Part shown: positions 49,184-58,804 of the stretch, in pieces
Layout: every line of letters starts with the position of its first letter
Position numbering within the stretch: the stretch's first letter is position 1
Assembly (NCBI GenBank): GCA_963757495.1
Contig: CAVWRZ010000013.1
Span: 9,281 to 73,280 of the forward strand
DNA length: 64,000 bases
Source: an uncultured Alphaproteobacteria bacterium
Lineage (GTDB): Bacteria; Pseudomonadota; Alphaproteobacteria; Rhodobacterales; Rhodobacteraceae
Direction of reading: 5' to 3'
Notes under the pieces: generated by a model
What the model saw: the letters and a program-made list of their open reading frames with translations, nothing else
Told to the model about the DNA's origin: nothing
The model's database searches: none
Translations under genes and position numbers: made by a program

Positions 49184-51249
49184 GCGGCGACCGAGTTCAG
49201 TATCGCGGGGGCGGCGTTGGATCCGATCTCCTCGTAGGCGATGACCGGATTGGGCAGGCCGCGCGCGGCCATGACCTCGTGTATGAATCGGCGCCGCCGG
49301 CCGGACGTGACGATGGCGGGATGGTTGCCGGCCTCCGCCGCCTTGCCGATGGTCTCGGCCAGGCCAAGGGCGAGCTTGTGGAACATCTCGGGCGGCAGGG
49401 CGATTTCCTGTCGAGCAGTCGGGCCGTCGAGTTGGTGCCGTTCGAACGCGGCCTCCCACTGCGGGTCGAGCTGAATGAGGGGGAGCGTTCCGTCGCTGCG
49501 CTTCAGGCCGGCCGTGATCTGCGTGGCGAGTCGGCGGCGCACATGCTCCACGAGGTCCTCCGGCGTCAGACCTGCCTCGCGGCGCTCCGAAAGGGCTTCC
49601 AGGATGACCGGCAGGTTGCGGACGGACACGCGCTCGGCGAGGAGCAGACGAAGCACCTGTAGCAGCTGTTCGGTGGATACCTTCGACGGCACGATGTCCT
49701 CGAGCATCCTGCGGTTCGCCACCGCCTTCTCCGGTGAGGAAACCTTGGTGAAGGCGTCGAGGAGGGCTTGCAAGGACTTCAGTCCGAGAAGGCGCGGGAA
49801 GTTCGACTTGATGACCTCGAGCAGATGGGTGGCCAGCACTTCTCCCGGGGTCACCAGCGTCTCGCCGATGAGGTCCGCCGCCGCTTCCTTCGGGACCCAG
49901 CGGGCGGGAGCGCCGTAGACAGGCTCCTTGACCGAGCGGCCGGGAAGGGTCTCGGGTGCACCCGCCCCCGTCAGCATGAGGACGTGACCGCGTTCGAGCC
50001 GGTCGCGCGCAGCTTCGACCCCCTGGATCTTGATGACATAGGTCCCGGCCGGCAGCCCCTGATCATCGGTGAGCCGGATCTCCGGGAGGATGATTCCGAA
50101 GGATTCGGCGATATGGTTGCGCAATCCGGTGATGCGCCCCTCGAGCCCGTTGGACGGATCGAGCGCGAGTTCGACGAGGTCGAGGGCGAATTCCACGCGG
50201 ATCTCATCGAGCGCCAGCACGTCGCCCATCTGCCGCTCCGGCATCGGTGCCAGATCGTCTGAGATGTCTTCTCCCTGCTGCCGGTTCATCGCGCGCCATC
50301 GATAGGCGGCGGCCCCGGCGAGCAGCAGCGAGCCGATGGTGAAAGGCAGGAACGGCAGCCCCGGGACGATCGCGAAGATCATCATGATGAACGCCACCGT
50401 GCCGAGGGCAGCTGGGTGGCGACCGATCTGTGCGATGATTTCAGAATCGACCGTGCCCGTGCCACCGCCTCGCGCCAGCAACAGGCCCGACGCGATGGAG
50501 ATGATGACCGCCGGGATCTGGGAGACGAGGCCATCGCCGACCGTCAGGATCGCGTAGGTCTCGATGGCTTCCCCGACCGGCATTCCGTGCACGATCATTC
50601 CGACGGACAGTCCGACGACCAGGTTCAGGATCGTGATCAGCAGGCCCGCGATCGCGTCGCCCTTCACGAACTTGGAGGCACCGTCGAGAGAGCCGAAGAA
50701 AGTCGTTTCCGCCAGTTCCGTTTCCCGGCGGCGCTTCGCCTCTGTATGGTCGATGGCACCGGCGGACATGTCGCTGTCGATAGCGAGTTGCTTCCCCGGC
50801 ATCCCGTCGAGCGCGAACCGGGCTCCGACCTCGGCCATGCGGGTCGCGCCTTTGGTAATGACCATGAAATTTACGATCAACAGGACGCCGAACACCACCA
50901 AACCGAGGGCTACGCTCCCGCCCATCACGAAGGAGGCGAATCCCTCGATCACGGAGCCCGCGGCATCGGTACCCGTATGTCCCTCGCCGATGATGAGCTT
51001 CGTCGAGGATACGTTGAGCGACAGCCGCAACATCAGCGAGGCGAGAAGGATGGTCGGGAAGGCGGAGAAGTCCAGGGGGCGCTGGATGAAGAGCGTGGTG
51101 GTGAAGATGAGGATGGCGATGGCGAAGCTGGCAGAGAGTCCGATGTCGAGCACCCAGGCCGGCATCGGCAGGATCATCATCAGGATGACCGCCATGAGGG
51201 CAAGGGCCATCATCACGGTCGGCTGAAAGAAGACTTTGACGGCGGACAT
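49180..51249 (-). CDS. flhA: Flagellar export gate protein
   Basis: FSAFPTILL, RLSLNVSST, ITKGATRMAEVGARFALDGMPGKQLAIDSD, FFGSLDGASKFVKGDAIAG, VSVRNL. Confidence 0.97.
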   Translation of the reverse strand: MSAVKVFFQPTVMMALALMAVILMMILPMPAWVLDIGLSASFAIAILIFTTTLFIQRPLDFSAFPTILLASLMLRLSLNVSSTKLIIGEGHTGTDAAGSVIEGFASFVMGGSVALGLVVFGVLLIVNFMVITKGATRMAEVGARFALDGMPGKQLAIDSDMSAGAIDHTEAKRRRETELAETTFFGSLDGASKFVKGDAIAGLLITILNLVVGLSVGMIVHGMPVGEAIETYAILTVGDGLVSQIPAVIISIASGLLLARGGGTGTVDSEIIAQIGRHPAALGTVAFIMMIFAIVPGLPFLPFTIGSLLLAGAAAYRWRAMNRQQGEDISDDLAPMPERQMGDVLALDEIRVEFALDLVELALDPSNGLEGRITGLRNHIAESFGIILPEIRLTDDQGLPAGTYVIKIQGVEAARDRLERGHVLMLTGAGAPETLPGRSVKEPVYGAPARWVPKEAAADLIGETLVTPGEVLATHLLEVIKSNFPRLLGLKSLQALLDAFTKVSSPEKAVANRRMLEDIVPSKVSTEQLLQVLRLLLAERVSVRNLPVILEALSERREAGLTPEDLVEHVRRRLATQITAGLKRSDGTLPLIQLDPQWEAAFERHQLDGPTARQEIALPPEMFHKLALGLAETIGKAAEAGNHPAIVTSGRRRRFIHEVMAARGLPNPVIAYEEIGSNAAPAILNSVAA

Positions 51250-51293
51250 CGGCGGCCTCGGATAAGGAATGGGTCCTGCCTAGTCGCCGGTGG

Positions 51294-51308
51294 TTAACGG
51301 CCGGTTAC
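51294..51308. promoter_or_regulatory. Near-consensus CtrA-type box upstream of flhA
   Basis: TTAA-CGGCCGG-TTAC (1 mismatch), 45 bp upstream of the flhA start; overlaps the upstream gene's stop. Confidence 0.55.
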
Positions 51309-53086
51309 GGGAAGGCAATCAGGTCTTCGACGAGTGCAGAGATCGCACGGGCACGCGTCAGAACGGCGTCGGCGGCGGCCAGATCGCCGATCGGCATCTC
51401 GCTGGCGTTGCGAGCGACGATCTCGGCCGCCAGCCGGGTGCGCGGCGTCCAGTCCTCCGGCGGAGCGGCGGTCAGGGAGGCATAGTCGCGGGCCAGCCAG
51501 GGCTCGCTCGCCATCAGAGCCACGGCCGGCAGGCGTGGCATCGTCAGCGACGGCGGCTCGGCGAACCGTCGGGCAGTTTCCTCGAGGCCCATCTCGAGGA
51601 ACAGGTCCCGTGCCTGCAGACGAAGCGGATCGTTGGGCTCGAGCAGTGGACGGAGCCGGACTATGATCTCTGCGGCGTCCTCGGCCGCGAGATGTCTTTG
51701 CGCCAAGGAAAACAGCATTCCGGCACTGCTCCGCTCGTCTACGACCATTCGTACGGCATCTGCGGGGCGGTCGGACAGTACCAGTGCTTCGACCAGGGCG
51801 GCATCGAGGGTGTCACGCTCCAGACCGGGCGGCAGGGAGGGACGCAGCGCCTGTGCGTTGGAGATCAGCGTCGGATCGGACGCTGCCCCGGCTTCGTTCG
51901 ACGTGATTAGGAGTTGCGTGGTGGCGGTCGCGGCGGCCATGTCCGCACCGGCGGCCATGATGGGCAGGGGCGGGACGGACAGGTTCCGGGCGATTGGAGG
52001 AGCCAGGCCCGTCAGCATGGATCCGCGTCCGATTTGGTCGAGGCTGCGGCGCAGCCGGGGTTCGATGTGGCTGTATTTGGATGACGAAAGGCTGGCTAGG
52101 AAGGCGATGACTGCTGGTTCGTCCGCCCGGTTCCAGTTCTCGGGACCGATCGTGGTGAGTAGCGCGATGACCGCCGCCCCGGTGCCGCACCCCGGATCGA
52201 TGTCGGGGGCAAGCGCAGGCCCCATACCATCGAGGGCACTGGCGATGATGTCGGGAATCTCGCTGCCGGAGGTGAGGTTCGTGGCGACCATCGCGGCTTC
52301 GGCCCCCCAGCCTAATTTCAGGTAGGTCATTACGAGCGCGCGCGTAGCCTGGGGATCCAGCAGATCTTCCCCGTCGAGCAGAGGCGCGCGCGCCTCCAGG
52401 AAGCCTTTTAGGACCTGTTCGGGATCGGCGGAGAGGACCTCGCGGGCCACGACATCGATCTCGCAGGCCGTCGATCGGACGATCGCGTCTTCGCTCTCGG
52501 TACCGAGGGAGAGGAGAGGGAGGCTTCCCATGGGATGGCGCGTGAGCTGCAGGCGGTCGATCTCGATGACCGGACGTCCGGCTGGCTCGGGTACCCGCTC
52601 TTTGGCGTTCTGAAGTGCAGACAGGACGTATGGCGATATGGGAGCGAGGGGGAGGGCAATGGGAAGGACCGGTATGGGCGGCGGGACCGGTGCACGCACC
52701 TCCGCATCCGTAACGATTTGGTCGGAGGGATCGAAGATGTCGATTACGACATGGCCCGACCGGATTTGAGACACCTTCACTGGACAAGCGCACGCAAGTG
52801 ACAGGGCCAGCCTCCCATCCTCAAAGGCGACCGTGCGCAAACGATCGCGGGGGATGAGGTCGAAGATACCTTCCAAATCGAGATCCGGGCGGCCATCCGA
52901 GAATTCGATCAGGACATCCTCCCCTGCCTGTTGGACGTTCCAGCTTCGCCCGGGTGTGTCGGCGAAGACCAGACGGCTGAACGTCTCGTGTTCGCCGGAC
53001 TGGACCGTCGCGGTTTGTGCCGACGCGCCGTTCGAGCCGAGCAGCAGAAGCGTCGCGAGCTTCAGAAGGGGACGGATCACGGTCAT
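51305..53086 (-). CDS. Exported hypothetical protein of the motA operon (593 aa)
   Basis: ATGA-coupled to motA; signal peptide; N-terminal VQSGEHETFSRLVF...LACAC segment, Pro-rich linker, helical remainder. Confidence 0.7.
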   Translation of the reverse strand: MTVIRPLLKLATLLLLGSNGASAQTATVQSGEHETFSRLVFADTPGRSWNVQQAGEDVLIEFSDGRPDLDLEGIFDLIPRDRLRTVAFEDGRLALSLACACPVKVSQIRSGHVVIDIFDPSDQIVTDAEVRAPVPPPIPVLPIALPLAPISPYVLSALQNAKERVPEPAGRPVIEIDRLQLTRHPMGSLPLLSLGTESEDAIVRSTACEIDVVAREVLSADPEQVLKGFLEARAPLLDGEDLLDPQATRALVMTYLKLGWGAEAAMVATNLTSGSEIPDIIASALDGMGPALAPDIDPGCGTGAAVIALLTTIGPENWNRADEPAVIAFLASLSSSKYSHIEPRLRRSLDQIGRGSMLTGLAPPIARNLSVPPLPIMAAGADMAAATATTQLLITSNEAGAASDPTLISNAQALRPSLPPGLERDTLDAALVEALVLSDRPADAVRMVVDERSSAGMLFSLAQRHLAAEDAAEIIVRLRPLLEPNDPLRLQARDLFLEMGLEETARRFAEPPSLTMPRLPAVALMASEPWLARDYASLTAAPPEDWTPRTRLAAEIVARNASEMPIGDLAAADAVLTRARAISALVEDLIAFP

Positions 53087-53946
53087 GCCGCCTTGCGGGC
53101 CTTCAGGGCCTCCTCGAGTTCGGAATAGCTCGTCCTCATATGTGTCGGCGTGGACTGGCGCCCGACTTCGATGCAGATGTTGGTCGGATGGTTGTGCAAG
53201 TTGGCTACGAGCACGTCCTGAATGAGAGCATAGAAGTTGGCGTCCTGTTCACTGATCGCCTTGAGGCGAACGGAGAAGGGGCCGACGATTCCATATGACA
53301 GGAAGACCCCGAGGAACGTTCCGACGAGCGCGCCGCCGATCAGCTTTCCGAGTACCTCGGGCGGCTGATCGATTGAGCCCATCGTCTTGATGACGCCGAG
53401 GACGGCTGCGACGATTCCGAGAGCCGGGAGGGCGTCTGCCATGGATTGGAGCGCATGGCTGGGGTGGAGTGCGTGATGAAGGTTCTCTTCCCGCCGACTT
53501 GCCAGCACCTCCTCCACCTGATGGGGATCGTCGTAGTTCATCGACATCGCGCGCAACGTATCGCAGATCATGGCGACGGCCTCTGCATCGGCGGAGATGC
53601 GGGAGTAGTTCTGGAATATGCTCGACTCGGCCGGTGCCTCGATGTGCTCCTCGAGGGCGACGGCGTTCTGCCGTCCGAGCCGGACGAGTTCGAACAACAG
53701 GCAGAGGAGCTCGCGGTAGTCGTCCTGCTTCCAGTGAGGGCCCTTGAACACCTTCTTGATGTCCCTGATCGTATGTTTGATTTCGGGCATGCTGTTGCCG
53801 ATGAGGAAGGCACCGATCGCGGCACCGCCGATCATGATCATCTCGAACGGCACGGCCTTGAGGATGATCCCCATCTTGCCGCCCGCAAGCATGTAGCCGC
53901 CGAAGACCATCCCGAAGACGACCGCGATTCCCGCAAATCCGACCAT
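53083..53946 (-). CDS. motA: Flagellar motor stator protein
   Basis: VFGGYMLAGG, EMIMIGGA, ADALPALGIVAAVLGVI.TM, GALVGTFLGV. Confidence 0.94.
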   Translation of the reverse strand: MVGFAGIAVVFGMVFGGYMLAGGKMGIILKAVPFEMIMIGGAAIGAFLIGNSMPEIKHTIRDIKKVFKGPHWKQDDYRELLCLLFELVRLGRQNAVALEEHIEAPAESSIFQNYSRISADAEAVAMICDTLRAMSMNYDDPHQVEEVLASRREENLHHALHPSHALQSMADALPALGIVAAVLGVIKTMGSIDQPPEVLGKLIGGALVGTFLGVFLSYGIVGPFSVRLKAISEQDANFYALIQDVLVANLHNHPTNICIEVGRQSTPTHMRTSYSELEEALKARKAA

Positions 53947-53950
53947 TGAG

Positions 53951-54529
53951 CTACTCCGTCGCCGCGTTGGCGTTTCGACCGGCCAGCAGGACGCTCAATG
54001 CGTAGGCTGTCTCCGGCTTGAGGTTGGAAAAGAGAGAAGACGCGGCATCCGTGTTCATCCGCGCGAGGAAACCTGCCGCGAAGCTGGGCTCCATCGCCTC
54101 GAAGAGGACGGCGGCTTCCTTGGGTTTCATGCCTTCGTAGACCTCGACCAGGCGGTCGACATCCGTATCGGAGGCCGTGGCAGACTTTTGCATCCGGTCG
54201 GCGAGCCGGGTCTGCGCATCGGCCATGTCCATCAACGCGGTGTCTATCTCCTGACGGGCGACGACCATGTCCTGCTCGCGTAAGGCCAGATCCATTTCCC
54301 GGCGATCGAGATCCGCGGATCGCTGCGCGATGTTCCGGATCAGGGCGGCGACGTCTCCGTTCGGCTGCGGTTCGGACTCGGTCGGAATGGGCGCGGCGAT
54401 GGGCGCGCCGATCTCGGCTTCCGGCAGGCCCGACAGGCTCGCGGAGACGATCCGAGCCAGCGCGGAGACCACGAGGGCGGCGATCAGGACAGTAAGCGAG
54501 AATTGCCTCAAGCGGGCGAAAAGGGTCAT
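53951..54529 (-). CDS. MotE-like motility-associated protein
   Basis: N-terminal TM, coiled coil, LVEVYEGMKPKEAA.LF...FAAGFLARM C-terminal motif. Confidence 0.65.
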   Translation of the reverse strand: MTLFARLRQFSLTVLIAALVVSALARIVSASLSGLPEAEIGAPIAAPIPTESEPQPNGDVAALIRNIAQRSADLDRREMDLALREQDMVVARQEIDTALMDMADAQTRLADRMQKSATASDTDVDRLVEVYEGMKPKEAAVLFEAMEPSFAAGFLARMNTDAASSLFSNLKPETAYALSVLLAGRNANAATE

Positions 54530-54927
54530 GCCTGGGTCCTTCCCCGGCCAAAGCTGAAGGTCGGTTCCGGCGCAACGTCCGATTGCCCGTCCGCATCGTC
54601 TGCCTCGAGGAACCGCGCGTCCGTCTCGGCCTCGGCTTCCAGATCTTCGAGGCTGGCAAGGAGCATCTCCATGCGGCCGATGCGATCGTCCGCGGCGGCG
54701 TTCGCTGCCTGCAGACGCGTGTCGTGATCTTCGGTCCGCTCCCCGGCGGCGGCGATGGAAGCTTTGAGATCGTCAACCTGCGAGGACAACGCGGCGATCT
54801 TGCCGCCGAGCCCCGCGTCGACGTCGTCGAAGGCTTCGAGCCGGCGTTTGAGAATGCGGCACCAAGCGGCCATGCCCAAGGTCGCGGCGAGAAGGAGTAT
54901 ATCCGAGAGAAGCCCGATGATCATCAT
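54526..54927 (-). CDS. Membrane-anchored coiled-coil hypothetical protein
   Basis: N-terminal TM then heptads; operonic between fliL and the motE-like gene. Confidence 0.6.
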   Translation of the reverse strand: MMIIGLLSDILLLAATLGMAAWCRILKRRLEAFDDVDAGLGGKIAALSSQVDDLKASIAAAGERTEDHDTRLQAANAAADDRIGRMEMLLASLEDLEAEAETDARFLEADDADGQSDVAPEPTFSFGRGRTQA

Positions 54928-54928
54928 G

Positions 54929-55426
54929 TCAGGTGATCACGAAATCGACGATGAGAAGGTCCTCGACGGCCCCGGTGCCCGCGAGGAGCTGCACCCGCCG
55001 CAACAGCTGCGCGCGCAGGTTCAGGAGTGCCGTCGGATCCTCCAGCCGTTCGACGGAGACGGCGCGCAGATAGGTCGAGAAGACATCCAGGATCCGCGGC
55101 TGCAACGATGCGACGTCGTCATGCCCGTCCGCGATCTGCAGGAAGGCACGGAAACGCAGCTGCCGAATCGATCCCGCGGACCCGACCGAGATCATCATCG
55201 GATCGAGCTCGATGAACTGCGGTGGGTCTTCGGCATGGTCCGGGCGCGCGTGCTCCGCCTGCTCGACCGGTGCTTCCCCGCCCAGCAGGCCGGAGAAGGT
55301 GACGTAGAAGGCACCGCCGCCCAGGCCCAGCGCCAGGACGCCGGTGGCGATCCAGCCCATCTTGCCCATGCCCTTCTTCGGCGCTACGGCGTCCTTCTCG
55401 GTGGTGTCTTCTGCGGTGCCTGCCAT
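54929..55426 (-). CDS. fliL: Flagellar basal-body-associated protein
   Basis: Lys-rich segment, TM GGGAFY, FIELDPMMIS, PRILDVFSTYLR, LR.QLLRRV, LLIVDFVI. Confidence 0.85.
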   Translation of the reverse strand: MAGTAEDTTEKDAVAPKKGMGKMGWIATGVLALGLGGGAFYVTFSGLLGGEAPVEQAEHARPDHAEDPPQFIELDPMMISVGSAGSIRQLRFRAFLQIADGHDDVASLQPRILDVFSTYLRAVSVERLEDPTALLNLRAQLLRRVQLLAGTGAVEDLLIVDFVIT

Positions 55427-55470
55427 GGGTCGATCCTCATGCTGTCGGCTCTTTTGGTATCTGACCGGGG

Positions 55471-55485
55471 CTAACCGAATGTTAA
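55471..55485. promoter_or_regulatory. Near-consensus CtrA-type box between divergent fliL and fliF
   Basis: CTAA-CCGAATG-TTAA (minus strand TTAA-N7-TTAG). Confidence 0.6.
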
Positions 55486-55545
55486 TGCAAATGCGGAATT
55501 CTCGGCCTGCATCCAGAACGGATGTCTGTGCCCCGGAGGTTGCGC

Positions 55546-57207
55546 GTGGAGAATCTGACAACGGCCTGGCAAGGTCAGGACAAGCGGCGGTTGGCAATTT
55601 TGGCGGGTGCGACCCTGCTGGCATTCCTCGCCGTCTTCTACCTGACCAAGCTGGCCGCTGCGCCCCGGATGGAGTTGCTGTTCGCCCGCCTGGAACCCGC
55701 CGCCGCAGCCGAGGTCGTGACCAGCCTCGATGCGCGCGGCGTGCCCTACGACATCCAGGGCGATTCGATCTACGTCGATGGATCGATGCGCGACGCGCTG
55801 CGCATGCAGCTCGCCGGCGAGGGCCTGCCGCGGATGGACGGTGTGGGCTACGAACTGCTCGACGGGTTGAGCGGCTTCGGCACCACGTCGCAGATGTTCG
55901 ATGCCGCCTATTGGCGCGCTCGCGAGGGAGAGTTGACGCGTACGATCCTCGCATCGCCCGGCGTGAAACTCGCGCGGGTCCACCTCGCCACGGCTGATTC
56001 GTCGCCCTTCGCGAGGGATCGGTCGGCGACGGCCTCCGTCACGGTGCAGATGACGGCCGGCGCGGTGGGCACGTCTCTGGCGCGCGCGGTCCAGTCGCTG
56101 GTGGCCGGGGCCGTCCGCAACCTCACCCCGGAGGACGTGACGGTGATCGATGCCGCGAGCGGGCGCGTCGTCGGCGGCGGGGCCGTGGATACCGAGGAGG
56201 AGGCGCGTGCCAGCCGGGTGGCGGAGATGCGCAGTTCCGTGGAGAACATCCTCGCCGCGCGGGTCGGGGCGGACCGCTTCGTCGTGGAGCTGGCCGTGGA
56301 GACGCGGCAGGACAGGGAGATGATCACGGAGCGCGTGCTCGATCCTGACAGCCGAGTGGTTCTCTCCACCGACACCGAGGAGCGGACCGCTTCCGAACAG
56401 GGCGGTGCCGGGGCGGGCGTGACCGTGGCGAGCAACCTGCCGGAGGGCGATGCCGCCGGAGGGGAGGGAAGTGCGAGCAACAACGCGGAGACACGCGAGC
56501 GGGTGAACTACGACTTCTCCGCGACGGAGCGCCAGATCGAGCGCGGGCCGGGGGCCATCGAGCGGGTGACGGTGGCCGTGATGGTCGACGGGATCCGATC
56601 GATCGGGGCCGATGGGACGGAGGCCTGGGCGGCTCGCGACGAGGCCGAGCTGGAGACGATCCGCGAACTCGTGCAATCGGCGGTCGGCTACCGGGAAGAC
56701 CGCGGCGACGAGGTCACGGTGCGCAGCATGCAGTTCGAGCAGGTGGCCGGGGCCGAGACCGCGCCCGGTTTGTCGCTGCCCTTCGTCACCGGGGGGCAGG
56801 TGACGCAGATGGTGACGGCCGGGCTTCTGGCGGCGGTGGCGCTCGGCATCCTGGCATTCATCGTCAAGCCCGTGTTGAACCGCGTGATGACCCCGCAGCT
56901 GCCGCCCCCCGCCCCCGAGGCGCCGGCCATGCTCGCAGCCGACGACGTGGGCGCCCCGCAGGAATTGCCGATGCCCGACGCCCAGGCGGCGCTCGGCGGC
57001 CCGGCGGGCGGCGGTACCGGCGACGTCCCGAAGATCGGCGACGGGTCACGCGCAGGAGGTCGCGGCGAGATCGGGTCCGCCGACGCGCCCGAGGGCGATC
57101 CCGACGACCCGGTCGACCGGTTGCGACGGCTCATCGCGGATCGTCGGGAGGAGACGGTCGAGGTGCTGCGCGGATGGATGGACGACCCGGCGTCGGAGCA
57201 ACGCTGA
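55546..57207 (+). CDS. fliF: MS-ring protein
   Basis: GGAGGT RBS + GTG 55546; GYELLD..SGFG.TS, RAREGEL.RTI, ARVHL, SATERQIE..PG.IER.TVAV.VD, SAVGY...RGD.VTV; C-terminal TM. Confidence 0.93.
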   Translation: MENLTTAWQGQDKRRLAILAGATLLAFLAVFYLTKLAAAPRMELLFARLEPAAAAEVVTSLDARGVPYDIQGDSIYVDGSMRDALRMQLAGEGLPRMDGVGYELLDGLSGFGTTSQMFDAAYWRAREGELTRTILASPGVKLARVHLATADSSPFARDRSATASVTVQMTAGAVGTSLARAVQSLVAGAVRNLTPEDVTVIDAASGRVVGGGAVDTEEEARASRVAEMRSSVENILAARVGADRFVVELAVETRQDREMITERVLDPDSRVVLSTDTEERTASEQGGAGAGVTVASNLPEGDAAGGEGSASNNAETRERVNYDFSATERQIERGPGAIERVTVAVMVDGIRSIGADGTEAWAARDEAELETIRELVQSAVGYREDRGDEVTVRSMQFEQVAGAETAPGLSLPFVTGGQVTQMVTAGLLAAVALGILAFIVKPVLNRVMTPQLPPPAPEAPAMLAADDVGAPQELPMPDAQAALGGPAGGGTGDVPKIGDGSRAGGRGEIGSADAPEGDPDDPVDRLRRLIADRREETVEVLRGWMDDPASEQR

Positions 57208-57812
57208 TGGGGGTTCCGCTCGAGGATTTCGGCCGACCGCTCGTGTTGCGCCCTGTGCCCGGGCCCGCCACTGAGGGCGCGGGTGATCGATACGACGAAG
57301 GCTACAACGCCGGCTGGGACGATGCGATGGCCCATCAGGAGGGGTTGCAGACCCAGATCGGCGAGCAGCTCGCCACCCGCCTTTCCGCGCTCGACCGGAC
57401 GCGCGAGGAGATCCGACGGGACCTCGTCGCGGCTCTGGAACCCGCGTTCCGGGACATCTTCGACAAGGTCCTGCCGCGGACGGCCGAGCGTGCCTTCCTT
57501 CCGTGCCTCGTGGAGGAAGCGGCCGATGTGCTGCGCGACGCGACGGAGGACGTCCGGATCCTCGTCACCCCCGAGGACGTCTCGCCGTTGGAGGCGCTGC
57601 TGGACCGGGCCGGTATCGGTCCGGATCAGGCGACCGTCGCTGCCGAACCAGCGCTCGCCATGTCGCAGGCCCTGATTCGCTGGACGGGTCAGGAGCGACG
57701 GATCGACTTCGATGCCGTCCTCGAAGGGCTCGATGCATCTCTCGAAACGTTCTTCGCAACACTCGACCGGGGGCAGGATGCCGCCGAACTGAAGGAGGCC
57801 CAGAATGGCTGA
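57207..57812 (+). CDS. fliH: FliH-like export-apparatus protein
   Basis: YDEGYNAGWDD GxxxG-type repeat; position between fliF and fliN. Confidence 0.65.
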   Translation: MGVPLEDFGRPLVLRPVPGPATEGAGDRYDEGYNAGWDDAMAHQEGLQTQIGEQLATRLSALDRTREEIRRDLVAALEPAFRDIFDKVLPRTAERAFLPCLVEEAADVLRDATEDVRILVTPEDVSPLEALLDRAGIGPDQATVAAEPALAMSQALIRWTGQERRIDFDAVLEGLDASLETFFATLDRGQDAAELKEAQNG

Positions 57813-58080
57813 TCCCCACGCCGATCCGCAATCCGCCCTCTCGCGCGTGCCCGTGGAGATAACGATCTCCGTCGGGCGTGCCCATCCGACCGTGGCGGAG
57901 CTGCTGACGCTCAAGCGCGATGCGATCCTGCCGCTCGACCGCAGCATCTCCGACCCCGTCGAACTCTATGCCGGCGATCGGCTGATCGCGCGCGGGGAGC
58001 TAGAGGAGGCGGAGGGAGATGCTTCGGGTCGCCTCGTCGTCCGGCTGACGGAAGTGATCGAGACGGACGGGTCCGAGTGA
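57805..58080 (+). CDS. fliN: C-ring switch protein (SpoA domain)
   Basis: VPVEITISVGRA, LDRSISDPVELYAG..LIARGEL. Confidence 0.85.
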   Translation: MADPHADPQSALSRVPVEITISVGRAHPTVAELLTLKRDAILPLDRSISDPVELYAGDRLIARGELEEAEGDASGRLVVRLTEVIETDGSE

Positions 58081-58793
58081 TCCGCGCGATTCTCCTCGCC
58101 TTGATCGTTGCCGGCCTCGCGACGACCTGGCCCGGCCTGGCCGTGGCGCAGGAGATCGACATCGATCTGGGCGACGGCTCCGTCACCCTGCGCACGGTGC
58201 AGCTGATCGCGCTGCTGACCGTGCTGAGCCTGGCACCGGGGATCGCGGTGACGATCACCTGCTTCCCGTTCATCGTGACCGTGCTGTCGATCATGCGGCA
58301 GGCCATCGGGTTGCAGGCCTCGCCGCCGAACATGCTGATCGTCAGCCTCGCGATGTTCCTGACCTACTTCGTGATGGAGCCCGTCGCCATGGCCGCCTGG
58401 GAGGCCGGCATCGGTCCGCTGACCCGCGGGGAGATGGAGGCGGCCGAGGCGCTGCCCGCCGCGCTGGAGCCGTTCCGGACCTTCATGCTGGCCCGGGTCG
58501 ACATCGACACGCTCGCCCACCTGCAGGAATTGCGTCCCGATGCCGAGGACGGCGCGCTGTCGGTGCTGATCCCGTCCTTCCTGCTTTCGGAGGTGACACG
58601 CGCCTTCCAGATCGGCTTTCTCGTGTTCATGCCGTTCCTCATCATCGACATGGTCGCCGCGGCGGTCCTCATGTCGATGGGCATGATGATGGTGCCGCCC
58701 GCCATCGTCTCCCTGCCGTTCAAACTCGCCTTCTTCGTCGTCGTGGATGGCTGGACGCTCGTGTCCGGTGCCCTCGTGCGCAGCTATCTCTGA
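58077..58793 (+). CDS. fliP: Flagellar export protein
   Basis: LTVLSLAP, IVTVLS..RQAIGLQ.SPPN, PSFLLSEV..AFQIGF, SMGMMM.PP..VSLPFKL.FFV.VDGW. Confidence 0.95.
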   Translation: MIRAILLALIVAGLATTWPGLAVAQEIDIDLGDGSVTLRTVQLIALLTVLSLAPGIAVTITCFPFIVTVLSIMRQAIGLQASPPNMLIVSLAMFLTYFVMEPVAMAAWEAGIGPLTRGEMEAAEALPAALEPFRTFMLARVDIDTLAHLQELRPDAEDGALSVLIPSFLLSEVTRAFQIGFLVFMPFLIIDMVAAAVLMSMGMMMVPPAIVSLPFKLAFFVVVDGWTLVSGALVRSYL

Positions 58794-58804
58794 AAGGTCC
58801 GACC

